A stretch of DNA of 64,000 nt from Phycisphaerae bacterium. GTDB taxonomy: Bacteria; Planctomycetota; Phycisphaerae; WQYP01. Shown here piece after piece: positions 29,201 to 38,200 of the stretch. The notes under the pieces were generated by a model. That model had not been told where the DNA came from, did not search any database, and worked only from the letters and a program-made list of their open reading frames with translations. The DNA lies in NCBI GenBank assembly GCA_035548175.1, contig DASZTO010000079.1, positions 21,733 to 85,732 on the forward strand, read 5' to 3'. Each line of letters starts with the position of its first letter. Position 1 is the first letter of the stretch. The position numbers and the translations under genes were made by a program.

Positions 29201-32200
29201 CTACTTCTACGACAAGGCCGATGACGTTATCGAAATTGATGGCCCCCTCAACAGTCCCACCGGCGGCCCTTACCGCGTCACCTTCACTTACGACGGCAAC
29301 CGCCGCCTTGCCTCCAAGACCGACGCCATGGGCAACGAGACCGACTACACCCTCGACGCCGCCGGCAATCCCATCGTCGTCACCCAGCACGATCCCGTCG
29401 GTGGAACCACCCGCATCACTCGCACCACCTACGACGGCATGAACCGCATGTCCTCCCAGACCGATGCCGCCGGCCGCACCACCACCTTCATCTACGACGC
29501 CTCCGGAAATCTGATGCGCAAGGTCGGCCCCCTCACGAATCTCAACGGCACCCCCTACGAGGTCGATTACACCTACGACGCCCTGAACCGTGTCCTCACC
29601 CAGACCGACTCCTTCGCCGGCTCCAGCGGCCACACCACGCTCTTCTCCTATGACGAACATAACCTCCTCAAAGTCACCGAGCCCGGCGGCGGCTACACCA
29701 CCGTCTATACCTACGACCACCTCGACCGCGTCCTCACCCTCACCCGCGATATTTCCCCCACCGCCAAGTCCACCGAAACCTACACCTACGACGACGTCGG
29801 CAACATCCTCACCTACACCGATGGCGACGGCCACATCACCTTCAACACATACGACGATCAGAACCGCCTCACCGCCAAGACCGTCGCCTATCAAACCACC
29901 GTCGCCGTCACCACCCGCTACGGATACGACAAAAACGGCAACCTGCTCGAAGTCTTCGACACCCGCGGCTCCCAGTACGACACCGTCTACACCTACGATC
30001 ACCTCAATCGCCGCACCACCATCACCCGCGCCAACGGCTCACCCATCGCCGCGACCACCTACTACCGCTACGACGCCGCAAGCAATCTCATCTCCGTCAC
30101 CGATCCCCGCGGCGATTCCTCCGGCCTCAACTTCACCTCCCACTTCTCCTACGACGCCGACAACCGCCTCGTCATGGCCGTCGATCCCCTCGGCCTCGTC
30201 ACCACCACCACCTACGACGCCTTCGGAAACGTCCTCGCCACCACCGACCCCTACGGCAACACCGTCAACCACACCTACGACGGCATCAACCGGCCTCTCA
30301 CCACCACCGTCAACTCCATCCTCGGGCAGTTCACCACCACCACCACCTACCTCGACGGCGGCTCCTTCGTCCGCGTTACCGATCCCCGCAGCCACTCCAC
30401 CCTCTACGTCTACGATGGCAACGGACGCATCCTCTCCGTCACCGACGCCCTCAACCACTCCGCTACCTACGCCTACGATGCCAACGGCAACCTCGCCGAT
30501 GCCACCGATAAACGCGGCTTCACCACCCATTACGTCTACGACGGCCTGAACCGCATCGTCGAAACAGACGCCCTCTATCTCTCCCCCCACCAGTTCGTCC
30601 AGAATAAAACCGACTACGACGCCGTCGGAAACGCCCTCACCGTCACCGATTCCCTCGGCTTCAAGACCGTCACCACCTATGACGAGCTCAACCGCCCCAC
30701 CAAAATCGTCCGCGCCTCCGGCACCATCTACCAGACCACCGAGTCCTACACCTACGATGCCGTCGGTCACATCGCCACCTTTACCGATCGCGACGGCGTC
30801 GTCACCCAGTACACCACCGACTTCCTCGGACGCATCACCCTCATCACACGCGCTCCGGGAACCCCCGTCGCCGCCGCCACACAGCTCGGCTACGATCTCG
30901 TCGGAAACACCACCTCCACCATCAGCCCCGGCGGCCTCCACCGCACCAGCACCTTCGACGCCGACAACCGCCTCACCTCCACCGCCCTCGCCACCAACCA
31001 ATACCCCCAGCCCCTCACCACCACCACGACCTACTTCGATCTGCCAGGCGACAGCCGCCACATCTCCGTCACCGATCCCATGGGCATCACCGTCACGACC
31101 TGGTTCGATCAGCTCGGCCGCGTCCGCCTCGTTCAGGACCCCCTCAACGGCGATACCACCACTGATTACCTTGACGAAACATCCTTCATCACCCACACCC
31201 ACCACGGCCTCGATGATTTCACCTACACACCCGACGACCTTTACCGCACCGCCAAATCCGTCGACGCCGCCGGACACATCACCACCACCGCCTACGACGA
31301 AGACGGCAACGTCACCGGCTCTGTCGATGGCGCCAACGAATCCATGACCTACACCTACGACGGCCTCGACCGCATCACATCCTCCAGCGACCCCCTCCAG
31401 AACACCACCTACTTCACCTACGACAACGCCGGCAACCGCCTGACCCTCACCGACCCCAACAACAACACCACCACCTTCGCCTACGATCCCTTCGGCCGCA
31501 TGATTTCCCAGATCGACGCCGCCCACAACACCACCACCTGGACCTACGACGGTGACGGCAACCTCCTCTTCACCACCGACCGCGACGGCCGCACCATCAA
31601 ATACTCCTACGACGCACTCAACCACCGCACCCTCGAACAGTGGTTCCCCAAAGGCGCCAATACCCCCGCCTATACCATCAAGACCTCCTACAACCTCGAT
31701 GGCCAGCTCCTTTCCGTCTCCGATCCTTCCGCCTCCTACCAGTACGCCTACGACGACATCGAACGCGTCACCGCCATCGCCAACAAGGGCGCCCCGGGCC
31801 TCCCGCTCACCACCGTCTCCTACTCCTACGACAAGGACAGCCGCATCACCTCCGTCTCCGCCGCCGTCAACAACTCCCTCATCCTCACCACCTCTTACAT
31901 CTACGACCCCAACTCCGGACGCCTCAATTCCGTCCGCCAGTCCGGTCCCGCTATCTCCTCGCTCCGCGTCGATTTCACCTACCTCTCCACCGCCTACCAG
32001 CTCTCCAGCGTCAGCCGTTACTCCGACCTCGCGGGCGCACAACTCGTCGCCACCAGCATCTATGGCTACTCCCCCAGCAACCAGATCAACTCCCTCGTCC
32101 ACACCAACGCCGCCGGCGGCACCATCGATACCTACTCCCTCACCTACGACAACGCCAACCGCATCATCACCGACACCAACTCCGACGGCATGATCACCTA

Positions 32201-35200
32201 CACCTATTACCCCGACAGCCAGCTCCAGAGCGTCCACTACACCGATCCCGCTCAAACCTCAGAAGTCTACGCCTACGATCCCGGCGGCGACCGCTCCTCC
32301 GGTTCCACCGTCTACGGACCCGACAACGAGCTCATGTCCGACGGCACCTACACCTACGCCTACGACAACGAGGGCAACCTCATCTCCCGCACCAAAGTCT
32401 CCGATGGCTCCGTCCGTCTCTTCACCTGGGACTTCCGCAACCGCCTCACCTCCGTCATCGACAAAAACGCCCAGGGAACCGTCCTCGACGAAACCACCTT
32501 CACCTACGACGCTCTCAACCGCCGCATCTCCGAAACCGTCATCACCCCCGGGCAACCCAACGCCTCCACCCGCTTCGTCTACGATCAGGAAAACGTCCTC
32601 CTGGAGTTCTCCGCTGCCACCGGCACCGCTAACGGAGAAGCCCTCGGCACAACCGACTCCGGCGCCCAGTTCAGCGGCGCCCTCATGCACCGCCTCCTCA
32701 CCCCAGGCTCCCTCACCATCACCGTCGGCGCCGCGCAGCTCACCGACGATGGCGACGGCAACCTCTCCGATGCCGCCGGCGATACCGGAACCATCGACTA
32801 TCAATCCGGCGACTGGACCCTCACCCTCGCCGCCCCCAGCCCGGGCGCCTCCATCCTCGCCTCCTACCAGTTCGCCACCGCCGCTTTCTCCCGCTTCTAT
32901 CTTCATGGCCTCGCCACCGACCAGCTCCTCGCTCAGCAGGATTCTTCCGGCAACGTCCTCTGGACGCTTCCCGACCAGCTCGGATCCACCCGCGATCTCA
33001 TCGACAACTCCGCCGCCGTCCTCGATCACATCAAGTACGACGCCTTCGGCAATATCGTCTCCCGCGCCAATCCCTCCGTTTACAACCGCTACTTCTTCAC
33101 CGGCCGCGAATTCGACGCCTCCACCGGCCTCTACTACTTCCGCGCACGTTACTACGACGCCTCCCTCGGACGCTTCCTCACCCAGGACTCCGCGGGCTTC
33201 TCCGCCGGTGACACCAACCTCTACCGCTACGCCTCCAACAACCCCACCAACGTCGTTGATCCCTCCGGTAACTTCGGCATCGACGCTTCCCCCATCGACG
33301 GCCTCGAATCCCGCTTCATCTCCAACTACGGCCTCCGCGTCTCCCAGATCACCTACAACACCTGGGCCATCGGCGGCGTCTACAGCCCAGACTCCTACGA
33401 CGTCCGAAACTCCGTCCAGCAGGCCGGCGCCGTCGCCAAGGAAATCTACGACTACGGCATCAACCTCCCCATGACCGTCCTCTCCGCCGCCAAGCAGGCT
33501 GTCGAAAACTTCACCAATTACCTCATCCCCCAGAGCCCCATGGTCGCCTTCATCGTCTCCCGCGCCCTCAACTTCACCATCGATGTCGCCAACCTCGCAC
33601 TCTGCGCAGCCTTCCCGCCGCTGGGCGCCTGGGAAGCCGTCGATTTCGCCCTGGGCGCTCCACAACTTGCCACCGGTCTCTACAACTCCGTCTCCACCCT
33701 CTATTCCGCGGCCACCAACGGCATCACCACCGACGCGGGCGCCAATGCCGGCAAGTCCGAATACGACCGCAAGGTCACTCTCAAGCAGGCACAGGACGCT
33801 TACAAAAACGTCATCGATACCGTCCTGGGATTTGCCGCCGGCGGCACCGTTCACGCCCTCAATGAAGGCGCCGGCAAGCCCGAGCCCAAGTCCATCACCG
33901 AGCCCGAGGAAACCTCGCCGGGACGCCCGCCCCCCGAAGCACAGTCCACCGCCGAAGCCGTCGTTGCCACCCAGATCGAAGAGGGAACGCCGCCGCCCGC
34001 CGTCGAGCCGCCGCCCCCCGTCGTCGATTCCGCGCCCCCGCTGGACATGGTCAACGAGCATCCCCAGGAAGCCGAAAGCAAGCCCGTCGAAGCCGAACCC
34101 GAGCCCGCCAAACTTGAGCAGACCAGCGTCGAGGAACACACCGCCCCCAACGCCAAGGCCGTCGAACTCGAACAGCCCTGGGAACTTGGTTTCGAGGATG
34201 GCTTCGGCTTTGGCATCGGCGAGGGGGAGGAGTTCTCCGCGCCCAAAGCTGATCAGGTCGATCCCGGACCTCCGCCGCCCGCTCCCGCCGAATCCCCCGG
34301 CGCTTCCGGCGAAACCGTCCGCGAATCCGCCGCCGCCGCCACGGCTCCCGCCGCCGGCGCTTCCGCCGCCCTTGCCTCCGCCGCCCGCGGCGTCATCGGC
34401 GCTGTCGCCCTCTCCGCCGCCGATGCTTTCACCGCCGCCGCCATGGATTCCTTCCTCACCGAACCCTGGACTCTCAGCCCCTTCGACTTCGATGAAGGCC
34501 TGACTCCCGTGGCCACCGTCGAAGCGCCCATCCCCGCCCCGGAGCCCACGCCCCCCGTTCCCGACAGCGGCGGCGCAACCCCCGGTGAAACCGTCGTCCA
34601 GGAATTCAAAACCGACTCCGAAACCACTCAAAAGGTCGAACAAACTGCGCCGGCACCGGCGCCCGAAGCGCCTCCCGCCGGCGAGCCCCCGCCCGCCGCC
34701 CCAAGCGCCGACGATCTCGATACCTGGTCCAAAGAGCCGATCGACGGCTGGGTCGTCCCCAAGAAACTCACCGGCAAACGCTTCGCCGACTGGAACGTCG
34801 AATCCGCCATGCAGAACCGCGTCGAGTTCGGCGAGATGGATGCTCAAAGCATCAAACGCGCACCCTATAAAGCCGGCGCCTGGGACACCCGCTACAAACT
34901 CAAAGGCGTTCAGGCCAGCCCCTTTGACCTCTTCTTCACCAAGGAAGAAATGGAGGCCTACCTCGCCGACAATCCCGACGCCCAGTTCAATCCCCCGCCC
35001 GTCGATTTCACCGCCAACGGAACCCTCGACGGCCAGCGCATCGTCACCCACAACGGCAATCTCGTCTGGGCCAAAAACGGCCGGCCCGTCCGTACCGCCG
35101 GCTTCTCCACCGATACCGAGTTCATCGTCGTCTTCGATGAGGCCGGTAACGCCTACGGTTTTCAACGCGGTCCCGGCCTCGCCGATGTCCGCCACTCCGG

Positions 35201-38200
35201 CTTCGTCGGCTACGACCAGCCCGTCATCTCCGCGGGAACCATCCTCACCGACGCCAACGGCGCACTGCTCAAATTCACCGACCGCACTGGCCACTTCTGG
35301 GAAGCCCTCGACGCGCTCCACGGTGACGCCTCCCGCGGCGCCGACATCGGCATCAGCATCTGGGGCGAACAAGGCCTCGCCAACCCTGGCTCCGTCCAGG
35401 TCATCAAGACCGCCGGCGACGCCAACGTCAATACCTGGGCTCCACGAGACCTCGGCAATGGCTCCAACCCGGGCCAATACATCCCTCAGACCCTGCCCCC
35501 CGCGCAGCTCCGCGCCGACGATGGCCCCACGCCCACGCCCTCTGCTCCCGCCAGCCCCACGCCCGCCCCCACCACCCCAGCCCCCGCCGCCCCCGCCGTC
35601 CCTCTCCCCGTCGCCGCCTACACCCTCGCCAACGCCGCCCTCGCCTTCTGGACCTCCGCCCTCCACCTCTCCACCGCCCCGCTCACCATCAACCTCGCCC
35701 TCCAGAACCTCCCCGCCGGCGAGCTCGCCGAATCCACCGTCACCGCCTTCGCCAACGGCCGCCCCTCCGCCGGCACCATCACCGTCGACCCCTCCGCCAA
35801 TGGCCACGGCTGGTACACCGACATCTCCGACCTCTCCGCCCCGCTCCCCATCACCGGCCGCTACGACCTCTTCACCACCCTCCTCCACGAAATCGGACAC
35901 CTCCTCGGCTTCACCATCGACAACCCCGCCTTCGCTTCCCACGTCCTCAACGGCGTCTTCTATTCCGACGGCCTCGCCCTCGACCTCTCCCCCGATCTCG
36001 ACCACCTCGCCCCCGCCGCCTTCCCCAACGATCTCATGAATCCCACCCTTGCCGCCGACACCCGCAAGCTCCCCTCCGCCACCGACATCGCCGTCATCCA
36101 GATCATCCGCAACAGCACCCTCGGCGCCGCTTACGTCCAGCAAACTCGCGCACTGCTCGTCGCACCCGACGCCGCCCAGCTCCAGCCCGTCGATACCTCC
36201 ACCCCGCCCCACACCGGCATCCTCAACGGCAACTTCGCCATCACCGATCCCGACGACCCCAACTTCGGCTGGACCCTCTCCCCCGCCGCCGCCATCAACC
36301 CCGGCCACGCCACCCTCGCCGATGGTTCCACCACCGTCACGCGCCTCCTCCAAACCTTCTCCCTCCCCGCCGGCGCCACCACCCTCCGCTTCACCATCAA
36401 CTCCGCCGCCTTCTCCGCCAATCCCGGCCAACCTGAAGACGCCTTCGAAGTCGCCCTCCTCGATCCCTCCACCCTCTCCCCGCTCGCCGGCACCGTCGCT
36501 CTCACCGGCTCCGATGCCCTCCTCAACATGCAGGCCGATGGCTCCCTCTACACCGCCCCCGCCGTCTCCCTCACCCGCAACGCCGACGGCACCACCACCG
36601 TCTCCATCGATCTCCAATCCCTCGCCCCGAATAGCGCCGTCACCCTCGCCTTCGATCTCCTCGGCTTCCCGCCCGCCGCCTCTTCCGTCGTTCTCTCCAA
36701 CGTCACCTTCGCCAATGCCACCCCGCCGCAGATCACCGGCCCCGCCGTCATCAACACAGGCCTCACCCAGCGCTCCACCATCTTCCAGATCTCCATCCCC
36801 CTCTCCGAAGCCGGCCTCTCCTTCAACCCCGACGCCCTCTCGCTCTTCCTCAACAGCTCCATCCCCGTCGATCTCTCCGGCCTCACCTGGTCCTTCGATT
36901 CCAGCAACAACCTCCTCCTCGATTTCCAAAACGTCCCCCTCGCCGATGGCAATTACCAGCTCCGCCTCGCCGCCGGCACCATCACCAACGCCTCCGGCAA
37001 TGGTCTCAACTTCGTCAACGACGGCCTCGGCGACACCATCGATACCACCTTCGCCGCCATCAACTTCTTCAAGCTCGCCGGTGACGCCAACGGCGATGGC
37101 ATCGTCGACGTCCACGATTTCCAGATCGCCCTCAACCCCAACAACCCCAACAGCGATCTCAATCACGACGGTGCCACCGACACCACCGATCAGAACATCG
37201 TCCGCACCAACCTCGGCCACCGCCTCGTCGAAATCGCGCCGCCCGTCCTCGCCGTCACCGAAAACTCCGGCACGCCCAACGACAACGCCCTCTCCTTCGG
37301 ACCCATCGCCGCCGGAACCTCCGCCGCCAACATCGCCGTCACCCTCACCAACAACGGCCAGCAGAATCTCTCCATCACCGGCCTCCAGCTCCTCTCCGGC
37401 GACACCTCCGCCTTCGCCTTCTTCATCGATGGCCAACCCCTCGGCACAACATCTCTCGTCCTCGCCCCCGGCCAATCCGCCACCCTCGAAGTCCAGCTCC
37501 TCGCCACCTCCGCCGGCGTCTATCACGCCACCCTCCAGTTCTTCCACAACGATCCCAACCAGCCCAACCCCTTCACCCTTTCCCTCTCCGCCACCATCAC
37601 CGCCGCCCTCAAGCCCCCCACCCTCGTCGTCACCGAAAACTCCGGCACGCCCAACGACAACGTCCTCTCCTTCAATACCGCCCTCGCCGGCGCTTCCTTC
37701 AAGCCCATCCCCGTCACCATCCAGAACACCGGCGACCAAACCCTCTCCCTCGCCGGCCTCCAGATCCTCGGCCCCAACGCCGACGCCTTCGCCTTCTCCA
37801 TCGATGGCCAGCTCCCCGGAACCACCTCCCTCCTCCTCGCCCCCGGCGCTGCCATCACCCTCGAAGTCTCCTTCCTCGGCACCGACCCCGGCGATTACAG
37901 CGCCACCCTCGAACTCTTCCACAACGATCCCCACCAACCCAACCCCTTCACCCTCTCCCTCAACGCCTCGCTCCTCAAACCCATCCCGCCCACCCTCGTC
38001 ATCACCGAAAACGCCGGCACGCCCAATGACAACCTCATCCCCTTCGGCGCCTTCGACCCCAACGTCACGCCCACCCCCATCACCATCACCCTCGCCAACA
38101 TCGGCGATCTCCCACTCTCTCTCGCCGGCATCCAACTCGGCGGCGCCAACCCCGCAAACTTCGCCTTCCAACTCGATGGCCAACTCCCCGGCACCACCTC

